A stretch of DNA of 54,792 nucleotides, counting the filler, from Squatina squatina (Eukaryota), in NCBI GenBank assembly GCA_031763465.1. It is 3 parts of 3 records of this genome, joined end to end, with 100 filler letters (N's around TTAATTAATTAA, not from the genome) between each part and the next. Parts side by side here need not be neighbours in the genome. Positions count along the whole stretch, not along the records: positions 1 to 13,472 come from JARFOE010000100.1; 2 more parts are not named here. The stretch is one strand, 5' to 3'. Positions 1 to 13,472 of this stretch are shown piece after piece (the stretch's first letter is position 1; each line of letters starts with the position of its first letter). Below the pieces are notes generated by a model that had not been told where the DNA came from, made no database searches, and worked only from the letters and a program-made list of their open reading frames with translations. The translations under genes and the position numbers were made by a program.

Positions 1-754
1 TCTATATCCCAACTGGCGACCAAAACTAGCCCAGATTTCTAGGCGAGACTGCTAAATGATCTGTTTACTACTCACTCAACTATACGTGAAGATTCAGAAC
101 TGTGTAAACAGATCTCCTTAATGATATTAACAGAATAAGATCCAAAGTGGATTATTTTCCCCCTCATTTTCTTTTAGCATAGCATCTCCCCAAAAAGGTA
201 CATGGTCAAGAATGTGGGGCAGCTGAAAAGCTAGCACATGACTGCAACCAAGGGAGGGAGAAGAGAAAATATACCTTCTGTCCCTGTTGGGAAATATGCA
301 GTTCAATTTGGGAACTCAACACTGTGGAACTTAAAATTGCATCTCCCTAGTGTGTGATCATGAGCATGGATGGGAGTGTAAATGGAGAAGTTCCTGTAAT
401 ACACTGCTCAAATAATGTACCTAAACAAGAAATTACTCATTACACAAGTGTAACATTTTTATTTTCTACACCAGACAGGTCATGCAAATATGATGTAGAT
501 CCAGCTACTAGAAACTGAAATGTTTTTTTTGGGCAAACTCCATTCACTTAACACTCTTACTGTGGCAGGCAGGACACTTTATCCCATCAATCTGGTTGAA
601 AAGAACCATCTAAACATCAAACTCTGTCCACTCTAGATATTCATCCAACTTCAAATTGTATGCCCCAAGTGCCTAACTCTAGTCTTCTCAGTAAAATATC
701 TGAATGACCTCCACATCCTTAAAAGGAAGCAATAAAAATCTTGTTACTTTATTA

Positions 755-1070
755 TGTGCTCCAGCACTTAAAATCCAAGCCTAGATTATTATTCAAGTGC
801 AGTACTGCGTTGCATTCTCAGGGAGGTGCGGGCTTTCAGATATGTTAAACCAAACCCCCATCTATCTGTACAGGTGGGCATAAATACCTCAACCAACTAG
901 TGGAGTCCCTCTGGTACCCTGGCCCAACAATGCCTGCATAAAGAAATTATCTGACCATTTATCGAATTTGCCATTTAGTGCACACAAATTGCCTATACAA
1001 GAACATAGACTTCATTTTAAAACTTATTGGCTGTGAAGTGCATTGGAATGTCTATAGGATGTGCTAAGGT
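755..1070 (+). mobile_element. Degenerate DeuSINE (SacSINE1-like) copy
   Basis: Collinear similarity to the better copies at 16083 and 34035 (gtgcagtactg...ggaggtgc...tttcagat...gttaaacc...caggtgg...attatctgaccatt...attggctgtgaagtgc). Boundaries approximate. Confidence 0.6.
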
Positions 1071-1077
1071 ACCTTAC

Positions 1078-1164
1078 CTTATCAGCATATTCTGATGCAA
1101 TCTGCTTAATTTCTTCTGACTGTAGTCCTACTATGTGACCCACTGTACTGGCAGTCAGTTTTCC
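1078..1164 (-). CDS. CCDC93: CCDC93 internal coding exon (87 nt)
   Basis: Flanked by cag| and |gtaagg on the minus strand. Translates [29 protein letters not shown], matching the vertebrate CCDC93 segment [29 protein letters not shown] as I recall it. Confidence 0.9.
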
Positions 1165-1535
1165 CTGAAAATATGAAGCAAGATGTCAAACACAAGCCAT
1201 GGACTGTAAAGGTTCCAAAGTTAGAATGACAAGATCAGTAAAATTTTCAGGGTTTGACAGTGCAATGTCTGTTGCATTTTGTGACAGCTCAATGTCAAAT
1301 GGTGTCACTGGGCTACATTTAAGCATGCAAGTNNNNNNNNNNNNNNNNNNNNNNNNNNNNNNNNNNNNNNNNNNNNNNNNNNNNNNNNNNNNNNNNNNNN
1401 NNNNNNNNNNNNNNNNNNNNNNNNNNNNNNNNCCTTTTGACAGGACATGTACCACATTGTACAACTACACAAACACCGATTTTTATATTTATGCTTTTAA
1501 AATACTTTAGAACTTAAATGTAGTGGGAAACTCAC

Positions 1536-1634
1536 CTCAAGTAGACTATGAGTTTTCTGAAATTGAGATACTGAAAACGACCGAATGTAATCTCCCATCT
1601 CTTCTCTGGTCTCAATTGCACGTTTTACCAACCA
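1536..1634 (-). CDS. CCDC93: CCDC93 internal coding exon (99 nt)
   Basis: aag| acceptor and |gtgagt donor. Translates [33 protein letters not shown], in phase with the 2673-2784 exon. Confidence 0.93.
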
Positions 1635-2672
1635 CTTAAAAAGAATAATGGAGTTGAAGTGTTACTCAACAATAGGTGTACGATTTGTAATTTGCCCTAA
1701 AATCTACCGGAGGTCACAAATAAAAAAATCAAAGTAAACTTACAACAGGTTTCAGAAATGGAAGTCTTGTTTAAAAATAATTATTGTTCTAATAAAGTGG
1801 AGGAATTGGGGAGAAAGGAGTCAGGAAAATCTAACCTAAAACTCATGACAAGAAAATAATGATGCCTTTCTACAAAAGTTTTGCTGCTGATATTGAATTC
1901 ATTTACAAATTTTCACATACCGAGAAAATATATGGGCCTTTACAACTGTGTCTAAAAATAATAGCTTTACAGTTCTCTGATGAGGAAGTACCTCGCTAAG
2001 GCAAGCAAGGAGCTGGTAAAGAAGAGAACAATCAAATTTGATACAAAACAATCTTCGCAAAAACCAACTGAGGCAAATAAGGTTTTTTTTTAATCCAATA
2101 AAGATTATGTCATCACACAATGTGATTTGGGATTTATTGGAAATCTTTTTAATAAATTTAATTTTTAGACATACAACCAGTGGCTCAAGGCAACATGACC
2201 AATGATACAAATGGAAGCATAATTTAAGCAAAATTGAGTGATTTGATCAACTGTGAATGATAGCTCTGAAAACAAACATGTGCTCTCTTTTTTGCTGCCT
2301 GCCCAGTACATAGAAGTGCTTTTAATTTGAGATTACTTGAGCTGAATCATAATTTTATACCAACCTGACACGTTAAAAACAAGTCAATTGTGGAGTTAGT
2401 TGAAACTTCACTCTGAAAAATGGCTGTTAACACTACACGTGTAGGGAATAGTAGTAACGGTAATATGTTGTCAAACATTTTAGATGTCANNNNNNNNNNN
2501 NNNNNNNNNNNNNNNNNNNNNNNNNNNNNNNNNNNNNNNNNNNNNNNNNNNTATACTTGACAGCGTATGTTATTCAGAAAAATGAAGTATCATTTAAGTC
2601 CACGAGTTGTTAAAAACAGACTAAAGTTGACTTTAATGCTATTCAACAATTGCTCAGAAACAAAATCCTTAC

Positions 2673-2784
2673 CTGCACAACAGGGAATATATGTATGAAA
2701 TCCCGACCCTGGATTTGATGTGGTTCTAAGCGATGAGGACACTTCATATTTGGCAAAACAGACACAATTTTCTCCGTCAATGCT
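2673..2784 (-). CDS. CCDC93: CCDC93 internal coding exon (112 nt)
   Basis: tag| acceptor and |gtaagg donor. Translates (I)[37 protein letters not shown]; phase 2 start is compatible with the 3503-3597 exon. Confidence 0.94.
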
Positions 2785-3189
2785 CTAACATGTAAAGTAA
2801 TGCAATATTGCTTAGATGCACGATAAAACATTTAATTGGCTATAGAATGTTAAATACTTCAAAAACCCTCTGTAATGTCTCATGTTATTTAATGAGGGGG
2901 GTGGAAACAGAGAATGCTATAGAATACCACTTTGCTATAAGTAAGGAGAGTGTATAGCTCAAAAAGCAAAGTAATTATGGTCACAAGTTAAAATACTCAT
3001 GCAGTCTTGCAACATTCAAAAGTGCAGTTTTACATCCTGAAGCCCTATATTCTAGCTCACATATTAAAGCCCTTTAACTCTGACNNNNNNNNNNNNNNNN
3101 NNNNNNNNNNNNNNNNNNNNNNNNNNNNNNNNNNNNNNNNNNNNNNNNNNNNNNNNNNNNNNNNNNNNNNNNNNNNNNNNNNNNACTCT

Positions 3190-3410
3190 GACCAATCCAG
3201 TACCACCATTCCTCACTTGCAGGTCCTACCTTTGAAATCCGTCGCTAAGCTTATCTCCCTTGCTGCATCCCACCTTACCTTTTAAAACATCTCAAAACCT
3301 ATCTTTGCACTTGTACTCCATTATCTCCCTTAAATCTTCCAGTAATTCTTGGTCCATTCTCACCTATGCAAAGCACCTTGAGGCATATTATTATGTTAAA
3401 GCTGTTATGG
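3190..3410 (+). mobile_element. L2-like LINE 3' end remnant
   Basis: ccttttaaaacatctcaaaacctatcttt...tgcaaagcaccttgaggca..attatgttaaag resembles an L2-clade 3' tail. Boundaries approximate. Confidence 0.4.
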
Positions 3411-3502
3411 TCATTACATTTTAAACTTGAACCATTATGTTCAACCATAAAGATTGACAAAATAATTCAAGTAGCAGAAAAAAAAAGTTTCAAGCAACTT
3501 AC

Positions 3503-3597
3503 ATTTTCTGACCAATTGTAGAATTTTCTTGAAAAAGCAAATCAACATCAATATCAAAGTTGCATGTTGTAATACACCATGTCATGCCACCCACTAC
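3503..3597 (-). CDS. CCDC93: CCDC93 internal coding exon (95 nt)
   Basis: cag| acceptor and |gtaagt donor. Translates [31 protein letters not shown](I), part of the CCDC93 N-terminal domain. Confidence 0.94.
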
Positions 3598-6500
3598 CTG
3601 TGGGGAAAAAAATTGAAAAGTCTTTTCCTTGTAAAGTTTTTAAATGAACATTGAAGCAAATTGCTGGTTTCTACTGATTTAAATGAGCAACATTATTTAT
3701 TTGATGTGAAACAATGGATTTATTCCAATTTGTATTTCTGTCCAAGATACAAAAAAAAAATCTACAAAAGTGACAACAGCAATTCTGAATAGAAGTTAGG
3801 AGCCACTGAATTGTGGCTCCAATTTATCTCCCATACAAGCTCTCATCTCAGGATCTCACTCGCTTACTATCGCTCAGATCTTTCTTTGGTGACTTTTCNN
3901 NNNNNNNNNNNNNNNNNNNNNNNNNNNNNNNNNNNNNNNNNNNNNNNNNNNNNNNNNNNNNNNNNNNNNNNNNNNNNNNNNNNNNNNNNNNNNNNNNNAA
4001 ATCAGAAATTGCTTTTGATTACAGTTCCATCCTCTCATGATAATGTGATCTCATCAGGTTTTTACTGCATGCCTTGTATATCCCTGATTATTTAAATTCA
4101 TGCCTAAAGTGTCAGAGACAGGGTAGCAGTGATTGACATTTTCCCACTGAGACAAAATGCTGCTAAGAAATCGGTTTTGTTATTTGTCATGAGTGTCAGA
4201 CAGTTTTAAACTCTGGAGAGGAATAGTGCTCGAGGGCAGAGTTATGAGGATCTTACAGGCTGAGTGATAAGGGATAGGGACTGCGTTCGGTTCTTCATTA
4301 AAAAATATGCAAATGACACAGCTGATGCACAAGAGGCTCAGTGCATTATATCACATTCTATGTTCTCTGGCCTACAATGCAGTAAATAACTGGAGGAGAC
4401 AGACCACATGGTGTTTTCCTACTCATCTGCCATAACTCTGACGGAAGAGCCACTGATACCCTGGAAAAATAGTGCAAAGCAAGTTTTGGAATATGAGTAG
4501 GAAAACCCCTATGGAAATTCCTGGCTATATGAGTCTACGGTGGTGCCCTCTGTTTTTCCATTCTGGTAACAATCCCTCCAGTGGAAGGGGAATATTTCTG
4601 ACTGTAGAACTTCAGATTGTTCCTGTGGAAAGGCGGCGAGGTCAGCAACGCTTCCTAATGCTCGGATATTGGCCTTAGGAATGGCTTGAAGAGTTGTCCT
4701 TGAAGGACCCCTAGCTTCTAGTAGGGCACCAGAATAATTTGGGTCANNNNNNNNNNNNNNNNNNNNNNNNNNNNNNNNNNNNNNNNNNNNNNNNNNNNNN
4801 NNNNNNNNNNNNNNNNNNNNNNNNNNNNNNNNNNNNNNNNNNNNNNAATCTTTATTTACAGTTATGGAAATCTCAAACATTTTGAAGTAAACTTTGAAGT
4901 ATTGTACTCCAAGCCAGTCGAGATTGAACAGGAACTGTCTCGTGTGACTCTTTAACAGATTTATAGAGTAAGCGTTTGCCACTGAGCATTCACCTGACAC
5001 AATTAATTTTACTGCCGACCTTTAAATCTGACACCGTATACATTGCATCCAAATAATTGCAAAGTTCAAATATAGATAAGCATTGCAAGTCAGCAGTGCT
5101 ACCCTTCTAGTAGTAGGATTGTGCCTGGAGGGACAAGAACTGGACTATGTTACAGGTAGATAATGGGCCTACACCTACCAAAGGCTGTAGCCACAGGGAA
5201 GAAAGTCATACCAGATAATGTTAGATAAAAATAATTGATTGCAGATTATAAGGTTACGTTCAGAGTAATGCACACACTAGTATATAAATTATCATGAGAA
5301 TATTTTGGTCTAGACTTTAAGACTACAATTTGACATAAAATGGTGCTCTGCTATAGAAGTTCTTTNNNNNNNNNNNNNNNNNNNNNNNNNNNNNNNNNNN
5401 NNNNNNNNNNNNNNNNNNNNNNNNNNNNNNNNNNNNNNNNNNNNNNNNNNNNNNNNNNNNNNNNNCGCATCTCCGCTAAGGGAAGAAATACACTAAATAA
5501 CGATTTTAACTTTTTTAGTTTAAATTAGAAAGTAATTGTAACGATGCATTCCTTCTCATTCACATCATCAGTTATTAACTAATAAAGTGCAGCTCATTTG
5601 TTGGGTGTTAATATAACTTCATAGGATTAACATAGTTGAATAATAAAGTAAAATTAAATTGTTAACCCTAAGAAATTTTGCAGAATGCATTTGAAAGGGA
5701 TTACCGTTTACTTGTGGAATAAATAGAATATCACACTGTTGACGGTGCATTACAAGACCTCTTTAACGTGTGTGTGTGAAAGATCATCATAACTTACAAG
5801 TAGCTGCAATGCTTGTGATATATAGGTCTTTCACACTCATGAAAGAATTCCCGTAACGCACCGTCACCGGTGCGATATCCTATATATAATCACACAAATC
5901 TCCCAACATTCTCATAATAAAAAATGCTGACTTTATTCAACAACTGAAAGTGAAAGCTATTATCCACTCATCAGTCTGGGTATTGGTCCCGAGCAGAACA
6001 GCCAAACACAGTGATGTGCAGACACAGTCTTAAGACTCTCAAGATTATCTACAGTAATTTTAGTCAGTGCAAGGAAAAAATTTACAGCCCATGGAGAGCT
6101 AGAAATTGATTCTGGCTGAAATTCAGAATGACAGATTTTCCCTAGACTGTAGNNNNNNNNNNNNNNNNNNNNNNNNNNNNNNNNNNNNNNNNNNNNNNNN
6201 NNNNNNNNNNNNNNNNNNNNNNNNNNNNNNNNNNNNNNNNNNNNNNNNNNNNTATGGATATACCGCCACAACATGTTATGAATGAAAGGACATAGGCCTT
6301 AATCTCAGGTGAAATGTTTTGCAAAATGTCAGCAAAAGAGAGTATTAGAAGATAGCAGTTTAAACAGCTTTTGTGCATCTTCTAGCAACTGGTTATGGAG
6401 TAGTATTAGCAGAAACATGGAAGAACATTGCCTGCCTGCTGGCTTGCATAGATAGAGACCTAATATAAAACAGAAAAAAATGGAAGGGCAGGGGAAAAAC

Positions 6501-7277
6501 ACCACGTGATTCAGTATGATGAAAATTTAGACTATCAATAAATAAGCCTCACTTATTGACCTTTTTGTAAAAAAGCAAAAACCAATTTCAAGTATTATAA
6601 TCCAAAGTTCAGTTCTGTGTGAATGATTGTAAAATATTTCTAATGATGCAATTTTATGTAAAATAATGAGATGACATTTGCTTTTTGTTTGCGCTTATTC
6701 CCTCAGATGTTGTCTTCTTTTATCATTCTGCCCTCACATCTGTGTCCCTGATTTTCCTTTGTAAGCCCCACCCTTTCTGTCCCAGAGTTCCTTGCCATTT
6801 CTATTCTGTCACACAGGCACAGATTGGGTACTGAGATCATATTGTAGCAGAGCCCTGTCACTTATTTACCTCGGCAGCTGGCGTGAACAGGTGTACAATG
6901 AATTCACTGNNNNNNNNNNNNNNNNNNNNNNNNNNNNNNNNNNNNNNNNNNNNNNNNNNNNNNNNNNNNNNNNNNNNNNNNNNNNNNNNNNNNNNNNNNN
7001 NNNNNNNNNAACACATACACACAAACAGCTCTAACATTTGAGGTGAATACTGATAAGTGGAAAAATAATTTGTGAAGAAGTGTTGTGTATGGATGAGAAT
7101 TGCACTTGGATCAGGATTTGTATAAAATGGGAGTGAATAGGGATATAGGAAATCTGTGCTTAGACCCAATATGCACTTTTCCACGTTTTACTGCAGATGT
7201 GGAAGTTAATTGATTTATAAAAAAGGTTATGTTACATCTTAACTACGTGAACAATTCAGTATTTAGAGATAATGGGA

Positions 7278-7414
7278 TAGATTTTCATCTTCACCACCTG
7301 GGTGGTAATCTTGCCTGCACTTTATACTAACACCTGATGTCCATTCCATTGAATTCAACGGGCAGGCGATCTGCTCCAGCAGATTAGCTCCCAGGCGGTG
7401 AAAATGAAAGTCTA
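7278..7414. mobile_element. Short palindromic MITE-like element (~140 bp)
   Basis: tagattttcatcttcaccacctggg (7278-7302) pairs with cccaggcggtgaaaatgaaagtcta (7390-7414). A near-palindrome ccattgaattcaacgg lies inside. Confidence 0.75.
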
Positions 7415-10384
7415 CAAAAATGACCTTGTGATCTGTGATTATTTTATATCAGAGATAGAAAGAAAGCATTCACAGCTTGTTCAATGCTTTGAAGAAATTA
7501 TTATATAGTTTTAGTTAGGATAGTGAAAACAAGGATACTATGGTCCAATATATAATTCAACTAATATTTTTATGGCTTATATGACATTTACCGGAATCCA
7601 AAATTATTATTTAATGCAAACTCTATTTCTTATTGCTCAAACAATCTATATTAAATATAATACAAATACAAAAGTAAACTCCATAGAACATAACAATCTA
7701 TAAATATTCTCAAGTTATATAATTTTCTGTGCTCAATTGTTTATATTGCATTTATGCATTTAAACAGACATTCATTAATATTCTTCTGTTTACCCAGGGT
7801 CTCAAACCTGTTTCTGTGGATCAGTTGTAATACTGGTAAAAAGAGTTGGGGCTTTGCTTCCAGTTCTTTGTAAATGGTTAGTGTGAGATTCACACGTGTG
7901 GCCTGTGTAAAGATAGCCTCTTATATTCTTTCCTTGCACTGATAACTTTGCTTCTGCTATCTCTGGCACCTCCCATGATCTAGTTGAGATCAAGATCTCA
8001 CTTTGTGGAGAATCACAGCACAAAGCTGTGACCCACCGTTCCATAATGCAGCATCTTTATACATCTGTGCACTGAACCACATAATTACAAGTTCCATAAA
8101 GGTTGAAAATATTAGAGTTTTCTATTTTATTTCAATGGTCTGGCATGTTAGCCACCACCATCCATTGACCAACTAGATCTGATGGATATATCTTAACTCC
8201 TATGATATCACCCTATTAACAGAGTGCTACAATAATTCATTGTTGTATCTATTTTTAGCATTTGCTTTTTTTTTGATTGTACAGCTTAACTTAGTGTCAG
8301 TTTGACTTTCAACAGAAATTGACTGCTGCTTTTTATGTAATACAATATTGCCAGTATATAAATCTTATAATTGTGAATTCAAAAGAGAAATTGCAAATTG
8401 AATTGTCACTTGCAAGATTTTTCTGATATATCTGATTTTCTGCATACAATTTATTCAAAAATTTTACATGATCTTTTCACATTTTCCTCCTGTCCACGAT
8501 AAATATGACAGAGGTTGTCATGTGAGATTTCTGAGGTAAATAATGATATACAGTAATGTGGCAGCTAAGCAATCATGACTACAAATTTAGTTAACTACAG
8601 CTTTGATGTATCATTAGTTCAATATTTAAATAATCATGCTATTACTGAATTACAACTTCAAAACTCAGACATTTAGTCAGTTATTCATAATGAAAGAGAT
8701 AATGCATTAGCGAGTCGGTATTAAGCACACTACAAATTAAGTAGCATTTATAGCAGTGATTTGTGGGAAAGGCAAATTGTAAAACCTTTCCAGTTCCCAC
8801 CCATTTACAGTGCACTAAGCAGCAAGAACCCTGCATGATGGAGTATCTGTTTCCGCATTTTTAGAATGAAGCTCTCTAATCTTATAATGACAGGTGTAAG
8901 ATTAACTTTGTTAAGCATCTACTCATTCATGCAAACTAAATTAAATTAATGGAACAAATTTATTCCATAATTAAGATAAAAATTCATGTCAGCTGTAACC
9001 TTGCTATACACTAATTATGTAGAAATGATTTATCATCTGTTGCAATCTGAATATTAGAACTCACCTCATTGATAACTGCATCTCACTTTAAAAAGATGGA
9101 ACCTGATTAGCAGTGACAGAGTATGCAGCCAGTCTACTGAGTGCCTGTAAAGGTAATGGAACCTGTAAGGCTTCATTAGAGTTCCATATATCAGTCAGGC
9201 AGTTTGACATGTAGGTGCAATAATTTTTTTCCCAATCCATCAGATTTTGCATACGGGCTATGATTAATCTTTTAAAGAATAAAATGTAATGGAAAATATT
9301 GATGTTGCATGACATAATAGTGGAACTTCTGTTGTGTGTGCTTATACCAATGATGCATTGTGTGGAACCTTACAGCCATTAAGACATGAACCTTTTGCCT
9401 ACAGCAAAAGTTCACGTTAGATAATATCTATTATTCAAATGATCTAACCTCAAAACTTGTGAAATTGTGCTTGTTCTATCACAAACTGGATATAGAATAT
9501 CAACAGGCACAAAAATAAATTATTTTTATCTCGCATGATAAAATCATTATAGAATTTCAAACTGTTTTAATCCTAATGTGGTGGCAGTTTGCACTACAGA
9601 AATGTGATATATGATTTTGAATAGACAGCTAATATTGATGTAATATTGGATGTATTGAGGTAAAATGGTCCTTCAGCCAGTTAAAATTGCTGATTAGCGA
9701 TGTAGCAAAGCATTACTGAATTCTCATTGAGAAATAAAATATGTAACCATTTTATTTGATCTGAAGATAAGGAAACTACCGTTAAGGCAACAGAGCACAT
9801 TTCAACAGTTATTTCATTAAAAAGGTTATTTTATAGCTGGGAACAGTGGCTCAGCATATGAGGGGTCTAATTCTGTGTCATTAAAAATACGATGCAGGTT
9901 AATGTTTGCAATTACCCACATGTTGAGTTCCTTTTCTCAACTGTGTTGCTGTGCGGAGGTGCCAAGTAGAGGAATGATGCTTCTCCATAGGGAAGAATAA
10001 TAATCAGAGCTAGTCATTCCAGGTCACTTTCACACGTTTCCTAATGACTGGTGAAAGGGCAGAAACCTGGAAGCAGGTCTTCAGCCTGTGCTGTTCATTC
10101 AGAAAGATGAGTGGCAAGAGATATTCAATGAAACCAAAATTAAGAAAATGAAATCAGTTACCAAAAATAGTCTATTTTATAGTTGTTTTATGGCTTAAAT
10201 ACGTTGACTGATTTCTGTCATTTACTTTGTGTTGTTGAACAAATATATTTATTAAAATAAGCCCCAATGCATGTTTAAGTGAATGGTTTTCTTAAATACA
10301 ACACTAGAAAAATTCTAATTGTTGTGTTGTCACATTTTTATAGAAGTGATGAGACCCCCTCAATAAAAATATTGGCCTCAGGAA

Positions 10385-10960
10385 TCTGTGGGGCTGCGCT
10401 GTTCGAACTGAGATGTTTNNNNNNNNNNNNNNNNNNNNNNNNNNNNNNNNNNNNNNNNNNNNNNNNNNNNNNNNNNNNNNNNNNNNNNNNNNNNNNNNNN
10501 NNNNNNNNNNNNNNNNNNGGGGATTTTACATATTTTCAGGGAGGCTTTGAGGACGTCCTTGAAGCGTTTCCTCTGCCGTCCTGGTAATTGTTTGCCGTGA
10601 TGAAGCTCGGTGTAGAGTGCTTGTTTCGGGAGTCTTGTGTCGGGTGTGCAGACGATGTGGCCCACCCATCGCAGCTGGTTGAGCCTAACCAGTGCCTTGA
10701 TAGTGGGAATATTGGCCTGAGAGAGGGCACAGATATTAGCACGCCTATCCTGCCAGTGGATGTGCAGGATTTTTGGAGGCAGCGTTGGTGATACTTCTCC
10801 AGTGCCTTGAGGTGTCTACTGTACATTGTCCACGCCTCCGCGCATACAGGAGGGTAAGTATCACAGCTGCCCCGTAGACAGTGAGTTTGGTATCGGGTTT
10901 GGTACCAATATGGCAGCTGGTGCACTTTCGGCTGGAAATGAGTGTGTGTCTCCTGCCCAC
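10385..10960 (-). mobile_element. RTE-clade LINE ORF2 C-terminal fragment (frameshifted)
   Basis: Three frames give TKLTVYGAAVILTLLY, AEAWTMYSRHLKALEKYHQRCL and GHIVCTPDTRLPKQALYTELHHGKQLPGRQRKRFKDVLKASLK, typical of RTE post-RT sequence. Frameshifts indicate a dead copy. Confidence 0.85.
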
Positions 10961-11713
10961 TATACTTGAGGCTTAAGGGGTCATGCATGGCTAGAATTCT
11001 GGACCAGAGAGTGAAAATAAAGAATAAGAGATGCAGCAAGGAAAATTGATAAGAAAGAAGAGACCATACTATGGAAAAAGATAAAGGAAAGCAAAGAACT
11101 TTGGAGCTGCAAAGAAAGATTTGATACTTATTGTAATATCAGTGTGATTAAAAATATTTTATGGTGATTTATGACTTGATGAGCATTCTGATATGACTTA
11201 AAATGCAAATTAAATTTTAATTAATATAATGAGTGTTCCATCTGAATGTAATATTTAATTAGTACTTAAAAACGCTTTTACTAAACTATTATTTTGGGCA
11301 GCTGGAAAGCTGAAGTGCCTCTTGGTCATCGAGGGATTTAGCACAGAACTAACCAGTCTCGGTACATACTTTGAGGATTCCCTTGGGAGCTGGAATAAAT
11401 GAACCTATTACTCACATTTCTCAGTTAATTTCTATTCTGTCTCCTATCCTTTAGCGCCTCAATTCTGGCAGATACATAACCGCAAAACAGCAGTTCAGTT
11501 ATGTTACTGAACCTGTCACAGATGAAGGCAGAACTATCAACTGACCTGGATTTGCACCACAGAACAACAAAAAAAAGTTTATATGAAGAGGTATGATCCA
11601 TTGAGACATATTACAAGTAGTCTTTAATAATGATGGAATAANNNNNNNNNNNNNNNNNNNNNNNNNNNNNNNNNNNNNNNNNNNNNNNNNNNNNNNNNNN
11701 NNNNNNNNNNNNN

Positions 11714-11800
11714 CGGATGACATTTTTCTACAGTATCTGCAGCTTTTCCACCCAAATCCTGGTGGATGAGCAGGAGAACCCCTGTGGAAATTCAACCCTA
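11714..11800. mobile_element. End of a hairpin MITE, cut off by a gap
   Basis: Ends ggagaacccctgtggaaattcaaccc, similar to the right end of the element at 44095-44252. Confidence 0.4.
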
Positions 11801-13472
11801 AAGACAAATAAAAATGCATGTGTCATTTTGCTACGAGAGAAAATGAGGTAATCGCGCATTAGCCCACTTGCATAATACTTTTTTAGCAAGAAAGTGTGCA
11901 ATAGATTTTTATTGTAAGTTTTAGACAAATTAATTTATGCGTAATGCATTCCTATATTCTATTGCTATATATTTTTGCATTAATGCTAACTTTCTAATTT
12001 CTCTTTCTAAATTTAAATAAGCCAAAACATGAGACTCTACATATGTCGTGTTTATAAATGGACAGACAATATGATACATTATTCGTATTTCATTAAGAAC
12101 ATACATTTGACCTAATAACTAAAATCCCTGTAGAGGATACACATGTGGAAATGCATCGTTTGACTTAGTCAGTGACTGTGTGCAGCAGGCCAAAAGTTAA
12201 TTACAGACATCCAGAGGTCAGTTAGTGATTATTTCAGATCACAGCCACTAATGGGACAACAACATTGCCTCTACCAGAGCCTTTGACAGAAGATTTATAC
12301 CAAGGGTAATGGCATTGGTACAAATAGTGCTGATAAAAAGACCCTTATATTGGCCTAAACAGACTGATGAATGGGATACATGTCCACTCACACATCTCGT
12401 TATTAGCTGTTGTGCTCTCTGTATCACTGAGTTGGAGGTTACAGTTAGCGACTTAAAGTACATGGGGCATACCCTCTGTAAATGTAAACTACCTTTTTTT
12501 AGACATATAGAGCACAAGCAATACAAACAAGCATTNNNNNNNNNNNNNNNNNNNNNNNNNNNNNNNNNNNNNNNNNNNNNNNNNNNNNNNNNNNNNNNNN
12601 NNNNNNNNNNNNNNNNNNNNNNNNNNNNNNNNNNNCAAACAAGCATTTAGAGATAATAAATAAATCAGAAACGGCATAAGAGCAAGCAGTTTTAAAATAT
12701 TAGGTGTTGGACTTACCAAAACACTGAATTCAGTTGAAAGAGCAGGGTAAAGGTAGATATCACAAATAAGTCTGTTAACCTTTTTTAAGTAAGACAATTC
12801 ATAGTATTACATGGATGGTTTATCACAAAACAGATAATATTACACAATGCCTAATTTTGTGACAGCTCAGGCAAAGAGTAGGAATGTTTGGCTATCAGTT
12901 TTATTACAGATTACATTTGAGTTTCCAAATTATACTGATCAGGTCTCCTGATTTCAAAGCTTCAGTGAACTATAAAATACATTGCTATAAAATCTATGCT
13001 ATATAACATATAGCATAGAGTCTATGCTACCTTTGACTGTATTAATATTGGAACTACACCTCTATCCCAGTTTATAGAAAATAGAAGGAAATCCTGCAAC
13101 AGTCAATACAGATTAAACAAAATGGGCAATTTCTCATTATTAGTCCATAATTAATGGACTGAATTGTTAGTTAAAGTAGATGCACATATGTGTGCCGTGT
13201 ATGTGAAAATAAAAAGCGATAATATATAAACATGCTGCATTAATTAAGTGTCAAGAATATGGTGAATTGGATGATATGCTGTTTTTTTGGTGATAGGCGT
13301 ATAATATCATGCCATGCGCAATGTATCATTATACTACTACAGTAAAAAAACTGGCCTGTCCGTTTAAGGCCAGAAAGAAAGTTATAAGTAAATTCAACCT
13401 ACGTTCAAATGTTATTTGATTCAGGGAACTTTGCAGATTGGAATGAGCTTGGGAGTTTCAGGTTACAGCTCA

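Noticed and set aside
9065-9268. Exon-like segment with a strong gtgagt donor on the minus strand
   Set aside because: All frames contain stops before the donor, the acceptor is weak, and the peptide is unrecognisable.
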